Shown here piece after piece: positions 1 through 8,417 of a DNA stretch of 34,635 nt. This DNA is from a virus. Its lineage: Duplodnaviria > Caudoviricetes. The stretch is from IMG/VR virus record IMGVR_UViG_3300006065_000009, positions 1 to 34,635 of that record; one strand, given 5' to 3'. Position 1 is the stretch's first letter, and each line of letters opens with the position of its first letter. Under the pieces are notes generated by a model. That model was not told where the DNA came from and made no database searches. It worked only from the letters and a program-made list of their open reading frames with translations. A program made the translations under genes and the position numbers.

Positions 1-1
1 G

Positions 2-619
2 TCCAGAGACACTTTCCAGGACTACTTAGAGAGTAAGGGACTCTCCCCCGAGGAGAAAGTTTATTATATGAACATATATGATAAAGAAAATGCCCCTAAA
101 AGGGGTGATACTACTCAGGCAAGAGAAAACCTAGTTCAAAGCATTCCGTCAGCACCTCCAGTAAACCCCATAAGGGAGTCCTGGATGAGTAAGATTGACC
201 AAGAAATGGCTGCGAAATATCAGGCACAAAAAGAAGCTGTAGACGAGTTCTTCAGCAGAGATGAGAATAAAAACCTTGACCCAGTAGAACAGCAGGCAAT
301 AAGGACCTTGGCAGAAGCACTCGATGTAAAGCATGGGTATAGCCCACGTGAAGCATTGGAGGCCGCACGCAAAAGAGTACTTAGTGCAGACGAGATACGA
401 GAGCAAGGTTATATAGACGGAGTTAGAGACTCCTTTGTAGGAGGCATTAGTAGAGGCGTAAGTGGGGCTAGTGGGAGCAATAAAGGTTCGGCCTTTACCC
501 TTCCAAAGAAACACCAGGCCTTTGTAGATGCTGAAATACAAAGAAAAGGTCTAACAGGAAAGGCGGCAGAAGACTATAAACGGTCATATGCCTTAAAATT
601 AGCTCGTGAAAGCGAGTAG
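2..619 (+). CDS. Putative capsid scaffolding protein (5'-truncated by the window)
   Basis: Frame is open from base 2 (SRDTFQDYLESKG...) into the 68..619 ORF; charged, helical, directly upstream of decoration and capsid genes. Confidence 0.6.
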   Translation, partial: SRDTFQDYLESKGLSPEEKVYYMNIYDKENAPKRGDTTQARENLVQSIPSAPPVNPIRESWMSKIDQEMAAKYQAQKEAVDEFFSRDENKNLDPVEQQAIRTLAEALDVKHGYSPREALEAARKRVLSADEIREQGYIDGVRDSFVGGISRGVSGASGSNKGSAFTLPKKHQAFVDAEIQRKGLTGKAAEDYKRSYALKLARESE

Positions 620-640
620 TAAATTTAGATTGTAACAACA

Positions 641-1174
641 ATGAAAATCATAAAGTATGGAGACGGTGCGTCTTCCAGGCCACATGAGTCATTTGTTATC
701 AAGAACGGTGAAACCATATTTATTGGTGGAACTGTTAAGTTGGTAGCAGGCGCAGTGGAACCCGCCGACGCAGTAACAGACCCAATTTATGGCATCTGTG
801 TTGGATTTACAGGCAAGGATAATACTCCTTATGAGAACCTGTTACCTGGTCAAAAAGGTGCAGATACTTATACAAAGGGAGTTTCCTTAGCAGTAGGCTC
901 TGACAACGAAACAGCAGCCATGATTAGGGCTAAGGTAGTACCTTTAATGCCAAACGACATCGTAAGAGGTGTTGCAGACGCAAACTTAGGAACTACAACT
1001 GGTTCTGACAAGATTGGTTACTACATAAACATCAATACAGCAAACGAGAGTCAATTCAAAGAGAACACCGCTAGTGCAAGTAAGGAGCAATTCTTAATTG
1101 TAGGTATTCCAGGAAGAGACAACCCAAGAGCAATTGATGCAAAGTTAGTCGAAGGTCAAATCTTCGGACAGTAA
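641..1174 (+). CDS. Putative capsid decoration/cement protein
   Basis: 177 aa, Gly/Ala/Val-rich beta-type (ETIFIGGTVKLVAG...IYGICVG), between scaffold and major capsid. Confidence 0.6.
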   Translation: MKIIKYGDGASSRPHESFVIKNGETIFIGGTVKLVAGAVEPADAVTDPIYGICVGFTGKDNTPYENLLPGQKGADTYTKGVSLAVGSDNETAAMIRAKVVPLMPNDIVRGVADANLGTTTGSDKIGYYININTANESQFKENTASASKEQFLIVGIPGRDNPRAIDAKLVEGQIFGQ

Positions 1175-1206
1175 AAACAAATTTTTAATTTTGATTGGTA
1201 GATAAA

Positions 1207-2208
1207 ATGGCAACAATGAACACAGCATTATATCCAGAGCTAACAGCTCCTGGGATAGAAATGTGGATGGAAGAGGAAGCCAAATTGTATTCTCCAATGT
1301 TTCCTAAGGTATTCTCAATAGAGACTACCTCAAGACTCTATGAAGACGACTCCTCAATAGCAGGAATTGACTTCCCAGAGGAAATTGCAGAGGGCGCAGC
1401 TTCACCAGAAGATGAGTTCTTAGTAGGATATATGTGGAGATACGAGCCAAAGATTTTCTCAAAGAAAGTATCAATAACCAGACTTATGGAATTGACAGAC
1501 CTCTATGGGAAGATTGCAAAGGCCGAGAGTAGGTCCAGAGAGCTTTCAAGAAAAGCAGCTCAAGGACGAGATGTACAAGCATTTTCTATATTTAGATTAG
1601 CTTTCAGTGCAACAAAGCTCTATGGCGATGGTAAACCCCTCATTTCAGTAGCCCACCCAAGAAAAGACGGTGGAGCAGTACAGAGAAATACTTTCTTAGA
1701 CGGAGTACAGAGACCTCTCACATACGATAACCTCAAACTACTTGAGGACGTACTAATAGAAGTCTACTCTAATAAGGGTATTCCTATAGACGTTGGATTA
1801 AACGCAAAACTCATGTTAATGGTAACACCATATAATCGTGAGACGGCTTTACAGATAGCAGAAGCAGATGGTATTCCCGAGACAGATGACCATCGTGTCA
1901 ACTACTTCAAGGGAAGAAATGTAGACGTATTTGTAAACCCTTACTTATCATGGAGATTTGCCTATAAGATGGGAGAGACAACATCAACTAATAGAGAAAC
2001 ATGGGATAAGAGGTTCTTCCTCCTTGACCCTTACTACTCAAAGCAGTTATTGAAGTTCAAACAGCTTCAAGACTTTGATGTAAAAGCATGGCAGGACGAA
2101 GACACAAGAACATGGTATGCAAATGTATACGATGTATTCTCAGTTGGAATCTCAGGCTGGTACGGAATAGCAGGTTCTCTTGGAGACGGCACAACACACT
2201 CTATTTAA
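1207..2208 (+). CDS. Major capsid protein (HK97 fold, Mu gpT-like)
   Basis: ATG at 1207; motifs LYPELTAPGI, KVFSIETTSRLYE, EGAA, YGDGKPLISVAHP resemble gpT-like major head proteins; followed by a terminator. Confidence 0.85.
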   Translation: MATMNTALYPELTAPGIEMWMEEEAKLYSPMFPKVFSIETTSRLYEDDSSIAGIDFPEEIAEGAASPEDEFLVGYMWRYEPKIFSKKVSITRLMELTDLYGKIAKAESRSRELSRKAAQGRDVQAFSIFRLAFSATKLYGDGKPLISVAHPRKDGGAVQRNTFLDGVQRPLTYDNLKLLEDVLIEVYSNKGIPIDVGLNAKLMLMVTPYNRETALQIAEADGIPETDDHRVNYFKGRNVDVFVNPYLSWRFAYKMGETTSTNRETWDKRFFLLDPYYSKQLLKFKQLQDFDVKAWQDEDTRTWYANVYDVFSVGISGWYGIAGSLGDGTTHSI

Positions 2209-2224
2209 GAGTTCGTGGCACCAT

Positions 2225-2256
2225 GGCAGGGGGTGCTTATACCCTGCCCCTTTTAG
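2225..2256 (+). terminator. Intrinsic terminator after the capsid gene
   Basis: GGCAGGG(GG)T-gcttat-ACCCTGCC stem followed by CCTTTT; a second hairpin GCTGGG...CCCAGC lies at about 2265-2286. Confidence 0.55.
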
Positions 2257-2531
2257 TTAAGTTGGCTGGGTAGGTTAACCCCAGCTAGTCGAGATAATTA
2301 ATGAAACTGGGGGGCTATCAGTAGCAATAGGACCAATAGGTCCTGCTGGTGCAGACTTCCCAACAGGCGCAACCGCAGGAGACTTTTTAGGTTGGAATGC
2401 AACCTTATCAGCTCCACAGTGGAAAGCACTTCCTGAATAGTGTAGACTATTAACACAGCCCTTAGGGGTTGTGATTAACAGTTTACGTATACGAATATGT
2501 CAATATAGTATATAAATTAAGCTCTTCTTAA

Positions 2532-4589
2532 ATGGAGAAAGTAAATACCCCAACTATCTGTGTTAACATGATAGTTAAGAATGAACAAGCCATGCTTGCT
2601 CGTTGTCTGGACTCGGTTAAGGGTGCAGATTTCATAGTAATATCCGATACAGGTTCCCAAGATAGCACGGTAGAGATAGCAAAACGCTATACTAAACACG
2701 TCTATACCGAGTATAAATGGGAGGACTCCTTTGCTAAGGCACGTAATTTTGCCCTGTCGAAGGTGCCCAAAGAGGCCGACTGGGTATTACAGATTGATGC
2801 AGATGAAGTACTTAACGAAGGAATAGAAGCCCTTAGAGGGCTTCTGAAGGGCGTTGGGAAAGAGTATTCAATGGTTAGGATTAAGTTAATTGACGAAAAG
2901 AGTGGTAGTAGTCATATGTTTCAGAGGGTGTTTAGAAACGACCCTGCAATATCATGGCATGGTGTTGCACACAACTACTTAGTAGACACCAAAAAGAGAA
3001 AGCAGTACGACGCAACCGAGTTGATTTCTATTAACTATGGTTATTCCCCTGCCCACAAGCTAGACCCAGACAGAACATTTAGAATACTCAGTAAGGCTAT
3101 AAAGGATAATCCTCAGTTGATAAGAGAAAGGTATTATTTAGCTAGAGAGTACTTTTATAGAAATAGATGGGAGGAAACTATTAAAGAACTAGACGAATAT
3201 ATTAAGGGAAGTAGTTTTGTATCGGAAAGAAACGGCGCCTGGTTAATGAGGGCAAAGTGCCTTTCTAAGATGGGCAAGTTCCCTGAGGCGTGTGACAGTG
3301 CTTGGCAGGCGATTAAGTACAATGCTAATTTTAAAGAGGCCTTGGAGTTTATAGCTAGCCACATAGACCCAGTTAACAAGGAGAGGTGGGCTAGTTTTGC
3401 ACAGTTAGCAGACAACAGGGGGGTGTTGTTTGTCAGGGAAAACAATAAAACCCGGGATTATTTTGTAGGTGGAGATAATTCATTTCAGCCAACACTCAAT
3501 GTAAAAGACGGACTACCCATGGACCTTAATAAGGACGGGTTGTTTTACATAGAGAATTTGCTACAGAGGAAAGACAATATAGATGTTTTAGAGTGGGGTA
3601 TAGGGTTTAGTACAAAGCACTTTACACAACTACTAGACAGGGCAGGGGTGGGATTTACTTGGACTGGAATAGAACACAACGAGGCCTGGTATAAAAAGGT
3701 TAAAGATTGGGGGTTAAAAAATACTAAGTTAATACTGGCTGATAAAGAGAGTAGAGAGTACTTAGAACCAGCCGGAAAGTATGACATTATTTATGTAGAC
3801 GGGAGAAACAGGGCTATCTGCTTGCAGAACGCCAAGTCTATGCTAAAAGAGGGTGGTGTGGTACTTTTGCACGACGCACAGAGAGAAAGGTATAGGGCTG
3901 GCATGGCGGGATATTTTGGTAGGTATATTGGAAGTGAGTACCCACTTTTGTGGCAGGGAACATTGGAGCCAATAGAGAGTATTCCACAGGTTATACACCA
4001 GGTGTGGATAGGCCCTGAACCAGCTCCAACCAACTGGATAAACACTTGGAAAGAAAAGAACCCTAGCTTTGAACATAGGTTGTGGACAGAAAAGGAGATA
4101 GACAAATTAAAACTAGATAACAGGGAGCTTTATGAGAAGTACTACAGCATGGGAGAGTTTGCGTCTTGTAGCGATATTGTAAGAGCCCAGATATTAAGGG
4201 ACTTTGGAGGTATTTATATAGACGCAGACATGGAGTGTATTACCACTATAGAGAATACCCCTTTCATGGTATGGGATTTTGTCACAATTTTTGCAGTGGA
4301 CTTAGATACTCGCTTGAACAGTATTCCCCTAGGGGCCGTAAAAGGACACCCAATACTTAAAAAATGTGTAGGGGAGCAGGGAAAAATAGAAGAGCTAGAA
4401 CCAGGCTACGAGAAGGTAGGCCCAGGTTTATTAACAAAACTAGTTAAAGACAATGACAACATTTTACCTGCTTATAGTTTTGCCCCGGTGTTTCATACGG
4501 GGTATAAAAACAAACCTACAGGGCTCTGTTATGCAAGACATTCGTGGTATTCTACTCCTCGCCCGAAGAAAAAACTAAGAAGCAGTTGA
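2532..4589 (+). CDS. Multidomain protein: GT2 glycosyltransferase + TPR + SAM methyltransferase + GT32-like (DXD) glycosyltransferase
   Basis: N-terminal ICVNMIVKNE...DTGSQD...IDADE (GT2); YYLAREY/TPR helices; VLEWGIG...YDIIYVDG...GGVVLLHD (class I MTase); IPQVIHQVWIG...SDIVR...GGIYIDAD (OCH1/GT32-like). Confidence 0.85.
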   Translation: MEKVNTPTICVNMIVKNEQAMLARCLDSVKGADFIVISDTGSQDSTVEIAKRYTKHVYTEYKWEDSFAKARNFALSKVPKEADWVLQIDADEVLNEGIEALRGLLKGVGKEYSMVRIKLIDEKSGSSHMFQRVFRNDPAISWHGVAHNYLVDTKKRKQYDATELISINYGYSPAHKLDPDRTFRILSKAIKDNPQLIRERYYLAREYFYRNRWEETIKELDEYIKGSSFVSERNGAWLMRAKCLSKMGKFPEACDSAWQAIKYNANFKEALEFIASHIDPVNKERWASFAQLADNRGVLFVRENNKTRDYFVGGDNSFQPTLNVKDGLPMDLNKDGLFYIENLLQRKDNIDVLEWGIGFSTKHFTQLLDRAGVGFTWTGIEHNEAWYKKVKDWGLKNTKLILADKESREYLEPAGKYDIIYVDGRNRAICLQNAKSMLKEGGVVLLHDAQRERYRAGMAGYFGRYIGSEYPLLWQGTLEPIESIPQVIHQVWIGPEPAPTNWINTWKEKNPSFEHRLWTEKEIDKLKLDNRELYEKYYSMGEFASCSDIVRAQILRDFGGIYIDADMECITTIENTPFMVWDFVTIFAVDLDTRLNSIPLGAVKGHPILKKCVGEQGKIEELEPGYEKVGPGLLTKLVKDNDNILPAYSFAPVFHTGYKNKPTGLCYARHSWYSTPRPKKKLRSS

Positions 4590-4616
4590 CAACTATAAGC
4601 TATTAAATATAGACTG
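4587..4616 (+). promoter_or_regulatory. Sigma70-type promoter
   Basis: TTGACA-18 nt-TAGACT upstream of the ORF at 4646. Confidence 0.45.
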
Positions 4617-4645
4617 TAATTAGAATAAATTTGTTCTTCTAATTG

Positions 4646-4876
4646 ATGAGGAAAGTTATCAATGTTTTTGGTGGTGATGTCACTGCAACTACTGTCTCAA
4701 ACCCAATAGATATACTTGGTGCGCGTGGAGTAACCCTGGTTTGTAAGAGGGCTGAGCATGCTTCTGGAAGCTCTACTTTCACTGCAGAGGGGGGTGTTTG
4801 TACTAATTTTGCTAGCTATAAGAAATGGATAGACAGTGCTTCCAAGAGGACGATACTAAATAAGTTTAGTTGCTAG
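4646..4876 (+). CDS. Hypothetical small virion-region protein
   Basis: ORF behind a promoter, closely packed with the next gene. Confidence 0.5.
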   Translation: MRKVINVFGGDVTATTVSNPIDILGARGVTLVCKRAEHASGSSTFTAEGGVCTNFASYKKWIDSASKRTILNKFSC

Positions 4877-4879
4877 AAC

Positions 4880-5584
4880 ATGTTAAAAGCGTCTAACAAT
4901 GCTAGGGCCCTTCTTTCTGCAAATATAACAGCCTTAGACACGACAGTCGTTTTAGACGATGCAAGTAAGTTCCCTAGTGAGGGAAACTTTATGATTACCG
5001 TGTTTGATTCAAAGAAGAACTCTCCTATACAAGACCCAGGAATGGAAATTATGCTAGTCACTGATGTTGACGGAAACGAATTCACTGTTACAAGGGGACA
5101 GGAGGGAACTACGGCTAGTGCACATAAGGGTGGACACTATGTTGCTCAATTACTTACAACGAGGTACATAGAAGAATTACAGGAGTATGTTATTGAAAAC
5201 GCCATTCAGGGGCCCCAGGGACCTACTGGACCCCAGGGACCTATGGGAGCAGGAAGTGCCATTAGGTCGTACACATGGTCTTTAAGTGAGCCTGCAATAG
5301 GTGGAATACCCGGACCACAGTTGAAAGAGGCACATACAGCGATTAGATTATCGAGTTATGTTACCAATGGAACCTCAGTTACATTTAATATTGAAGAGAG
5401 AAGTACAATAGGAGGTACAGGAACAGACCTCCTCTCTAGCGACCAAGTGGCAACGGTAAGTGGGGCGAGTACTACCTCCTTTGCAAACAGTTCGTTGGCC
5501 GCAGACAGTTGGTTGTGGTTAGACATTTCTGCGGTAAGTGGAACCCCGGGGAATGTTGTAATAACACTAAGTTGTGAAATATAA
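4880..5584 (+). CDS. Putative tail fibre/virion appendage protein with short collagen-like linker
   Basis: N-terminal domain with EIMLVT...FTVTRGQEGTTA typical of phage appendage proteins; GPQGPTGPQGPMG; beta-rich C-terminal domain. Confidence 0.65.
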   Translation: MLKASNNARALLSANITALDTTVVLDDASKFPSEGNFMITVFDSKKNSPIQDPGMEIMLVTDVDGNEFTVTRGQEGTTASAHKGGHYVAQLLTTRYIEELQEYVIENAIQGPQGPTGPQGPMGAGSAIRSYTWSLSEPAIGGIPGPQLKEAHTAIRLSSYVTNGTSVTFNIEERSTIGGTGTDLLSSDQVATVSGASTTSFANSSLAADSWLWLDISAVSGTPGNVVITLSCEI

Positions 5585-5589
5585 AAACC

Positions 5590-6558
5590 ATGTTGAGTAC
5601 TGGGTGGAGAAATCCCTCGATGGTAAACAATGTAGACTCTGTAGGAAGCTCCTGTTGGAATGATATTAATAATGTTAAGGTAGCTAATTCAAATGGTGCC
5701 ATGGTGCTAACAGGGGTTAACACTGCATGGAGTAATATTTTTACAATGACGGTAAACGCAACGGCCGTTAACATAACTAACTGGATAGGTTCTTCTATAA
5801 ACACAAGTCCAGTCATGCCAAGTACAATAGGAGGTCGACCAGTAAGAACAGCCTTAAACACTACTTTTGGTACTAAGACGGCACTAACTGGTGCGTATAT
5901 AGGAAATGCGAAACTAACTAGTAATACCGTTGCGACGAATGGATTCCGAGCTTCGACCAATCTTTTGAAAGTAGATAAAATTCCACTTAGATTTGACGGC
6001 GGTGCAACTACTACCGTGAGGAACACTTTTAATGGTTGTTCAAATTTGGTTAATGCCCCCGTCATACCAGAGGGGGTTACTGATATGGTTAATACTTTTT
6101 CTAGTTGTACAAACCTAGTAAATGCCCCCGTCATACCAAATAGTGTTACTAATATGGCTTTTACTTTTTCTGATTGTACAAGACTAGTAAATGCTCCTGT
6201 CATACCAAACAGTGTTACTAATATGGTTTTTACTTTTTTTGGTTGTACAAACCTAGTAGATGCTCCTGTCATATCAAATAGTGTTACTAATATGTCTAAT
6301 ACTTTTTCTAGTTGTACAAACCTAGTTAATGCCCCCGTCATACCAGAGGGGGTTACTGATATGACTAGTACTTTTAGGAGTTGTACAAACCTTACAGGGA
6401 ATATTACTATCCTTAGTCCTGAAGTAGGGGCCCTGCAAAACACTTTTAATAATACTACCGCAGCTAAGACGGTTCGTGTTCCTGCGGGAAGTAATACTTA
6501 CACCAGGGCAGTTGCAAACTGGGATGGTAAAAATGGTGTTACAGTAGTAGGTATATAA
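5590..6558 (+). CDS. BspA-type leucine-rich repeat (LRR_5-like) protein with a chimeric N-terminus
   Basis: Five 23-aa repeats TFxxCTNLVNAPVIPxxVTxM; ITNWIG...VMPSTIGGRPV cap typical of BspA-like proteins. Confidence 0.8.
   Translation: MLSTGWRNPSMVNNVDSVGSSCWNDINNVKVANSNGAMVLTGVNTAWSNIFTMTVNATAVNITNWIGSSINTSPVMPSTIGGRPVRTALNTTFGTKTALTGAYIGNAKLTSNTVATNGFRASTNLLKVDKIPLRFDGGATTTVRNTFNGCSNLVNAPVIPEGVTDMVNTFSSCTNLVNAPVIPNSVTNMAFTFSDCTRLVNAPVIPNSVTNMVFTFFGCTNLVDAPVISNSVTNMSNTFSSCTNLVNAPVIPEGVTDMTSTFRSCTNLTGNITILSPEVGALQNTFNNTTAAKTVRVPAGSNTYTRAVANWDGKNGVTVVGI
6025..6393 (+). repeat. 69-bp coding tandem repeat (about 5.3 copies)
   Basis: AATGC(C/T)CC(C/T)GTCATA-type units at 6052, 6121, 6190, 6259, 6328; 6051-6087 is identical to 6327-6363. 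Confidence 0.9.
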
Positions 6559-6577
6559 ATTGTTTAATATCAACAAA

Positions 6578-7573
6578 ATGGGCAAAGAAATAGACATAAT
6601 AATACCAGCATACAAGGCCCAGAAAACGATACTAAGGACGCTAGCTTCCATAGCGACTCAAACAATATTAGAGTCTATTAGTGTAACGATAGTAAATGAC
6701 GCTGACGGAGAGGGTTATTCAAGGTTTGTTAAGCAGTTTAAAGATGTAATGGATATAAAAGAGATTACCCTAGAAACAAACGGAGGTCCTGGGGTGGCAA
6801 GACAAGCGGGTATAGATGCAACAAGGGCTCCCTACTTTACTTGTATAGACGCAGACGATACTTTTGCAAACCCTTTTGCACTAGAAATTCTACTTGCTAA
6901 TATGAAGGCAGAACCGGGATATCATACGGTAATAGGAGCTTTTGCAGAGCAACAACCAGGATTACAGTTTCTAGTTCATCAGGAGGATATGGTTTGGATG
7001 TTTGGGAAGCTGTACACAAGGGCGTTTATAGATAGGTACAATATAAGGTTTAACGACACACGGGCTAACGAGGACAATGGGTTTAATACGATAGTAAGGT
7101 TAGTGTCTTCAGAGACAGAGAAGGTTAAGTTTATACAGGATATTGTTTATTACTGGCACTATAAAGAGGATTCTATTACTAGGATAAACAATGCACAGTA
7201 TTCTTACGACCAGAGTTTTGTTGGATATACAGAGAATATGATATATGCAATTAAAAAGGCCAAAGAGGTTAAACCATTTAATAGCTATATAGACATGTGG
7301 GCTGTGCAAGTCATGGCACAGTTATATATTTATTACTATCAAACAGTTAAAAGAGACAAGCGATTTGTTAAACAGAATTACAATTCTTGTGTAAAGTATT
7401 ACAGGGAGATTTTTTATCATTATGATAGTACAATGAAAAAAGAGGACTTTGAGGCTATCTTTGGGGAGACACTGTCAGGACAGGCCCCTAACATGAAAGA
7501 CGTAGTACCAGACAAGTCCATATATGAATTTATTAAAACTTTAAAAGAGGATTCTAAGAAATGGGCGCAGTAA
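6578..7573 (+). CDS. Family 2 glycosyltransferase
   Basis: IDIIIPAYKA...IVNDAD...NGGPGVARQAG...CIDADD...ANED; ATG at 6578. Confidence 0.9.
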   Translation: MGKEIDIIIPAYKAQKTILRTLASIATQTILESISVTIVNDADGEGYSRFVKQFKDVMDIKEITLETNGGPGVARQAGIDATRAPYFTCIDADDTFANPFALEILLANMKAEPGYHTVIGAFAEQQPGLQFLVHQEDMVWMFGKLYTRAFIDRYNIRFNDTRANEDNGFNTIVRLVSSETEKVKFIQDIVYYWHYKEDSITRINNAQYSYDQSFVGYTENMIYAIKKAKEVKPFNSYIDMWAVQVMAQLYIYYYQTVKRDKRFVKQNYNSCVKYYREIFYHYDSTMKKEDFEAIFGETLSGQAPNMKDVVPDKSIYEFIKTLKEDSKKWAQ

Positions 7574-7956
7574 CATTTGGAACAGTCAAATTAGTAAAGG
7601 GTGGAGTAGTGAGTGGGGACAACAAAGCCGCTGGGACCCTTACTAGCTCGTTTACAGACTATACTTTTGGTGGACCTACTGACCTATGGGGACTATCCCT
7701 TGACCCTGCAGATGCAAACGCTTCTAATTTTGGAGTTGCAGTTTCTTTAGAAGGGAGTGGTTGGGTGGAGAATTATACGGCTAATTTAATAGTAGCCACA
7801 GGTTTTGAAAACTCAGTTTCAAGTACAGTAAGGGGTGTTGTTGTAAAGGTAAGAGCAAAAGTAGATGGTGATGGACTGTCTTATATAGACAGTATTCAAA
7901 TGAATGTTTATACAGAGAATGTAAACGTAGTGAGAATGGTAATATCTAATGCTTAA
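7561..7956 (+). CDS. Beta-sandwich virion-type domain; probable C-terminal half of a gene whose N-terminus is at 5590
   Basis: VKLVKGGVVSGDNKA...YTFGGPTDLWGL...NASNFGVAVS...YIDSIQMNVY. Confidence 0.6.
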   Translation: MGAVTFGTVKLVKGGVVSGDNKAAGTLTSSFTDYTFGGPTDLWGLSLDPADANASNFGVAVSLEGSGWVENYTANLIVATGFENSVSSTVRGVVVKVRAKVDGDGLSYIDSIQMNVYTENVNVVRMVISNA

Positions 7957-8132
7957 TTAAAAATAAACTAAAATAGAGGTATTGGTTGGTAACCAGATAA
8001 TAACCAGTGATTCCGGACTAATAGTTTATATCTAATAGCTACACCACTGCAATAAATACCCTCTACCTGCGTTTAAGAAAAGTGTATAATAGGGTATGAT
8101 ATCAGCTTGCTTAATTGTTAAAAACGAAATAA

Positions 8133-8417
8133 ATGGCACAGTATACAGATACAACAGTAAAAGAAACGCAGGGATTTATAGACACCAATATAAATGTGTT
8201 TGAATTTGGCTGTTTACCCTTTAATGATGTGTTTGGATATGGAGAAGTGCCTACAAGGTTTTTAGACGGGAGAGGCATTTTAACAGAGTTTAAAAAGCAG
8301 GAAGCGTCTTTTGATACAGAGTTTGGGGATAACACTGTTGATTATTCTACAAATTTTAGTAAACTGGAGATAGGGGGCAGTACTAATTTTATAAACGAAG
8401 AATCTGATGAGGGATAA
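8133..8417 (+). CDS. Hypothetical protein
   Basis: 94-aa ORF overlapping the next start; TG-TATAAT element at about 8083-8090 upstream. Confidence 0.55.
   Translation: MAQYTDTTVKETQGFIDTNINVFEFGCLPFNDVFGYGEVPTRFLDGRGILTEFKKQEASFDTEFGDNTVDYSTNFSKLEIGGSTNFINEESDEG

Noticed and set aside
2088-2273. Frameshift extension of the major capsid protein
   Set aside because: No slippery heptamer near the stop; the alternative frame runs through terminator hairpins
6025-6393. CRISPR array or DGR template/variable repeat pair
   Set aside because: In-frame coding tandem repeats without spacers; no cas or reverse transcriptase gene; differences are not adenine-specific
5472-6443. 323-aa minus-strand ORF
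   Set aside because: Antisense shadow of the repetitive LRR gene
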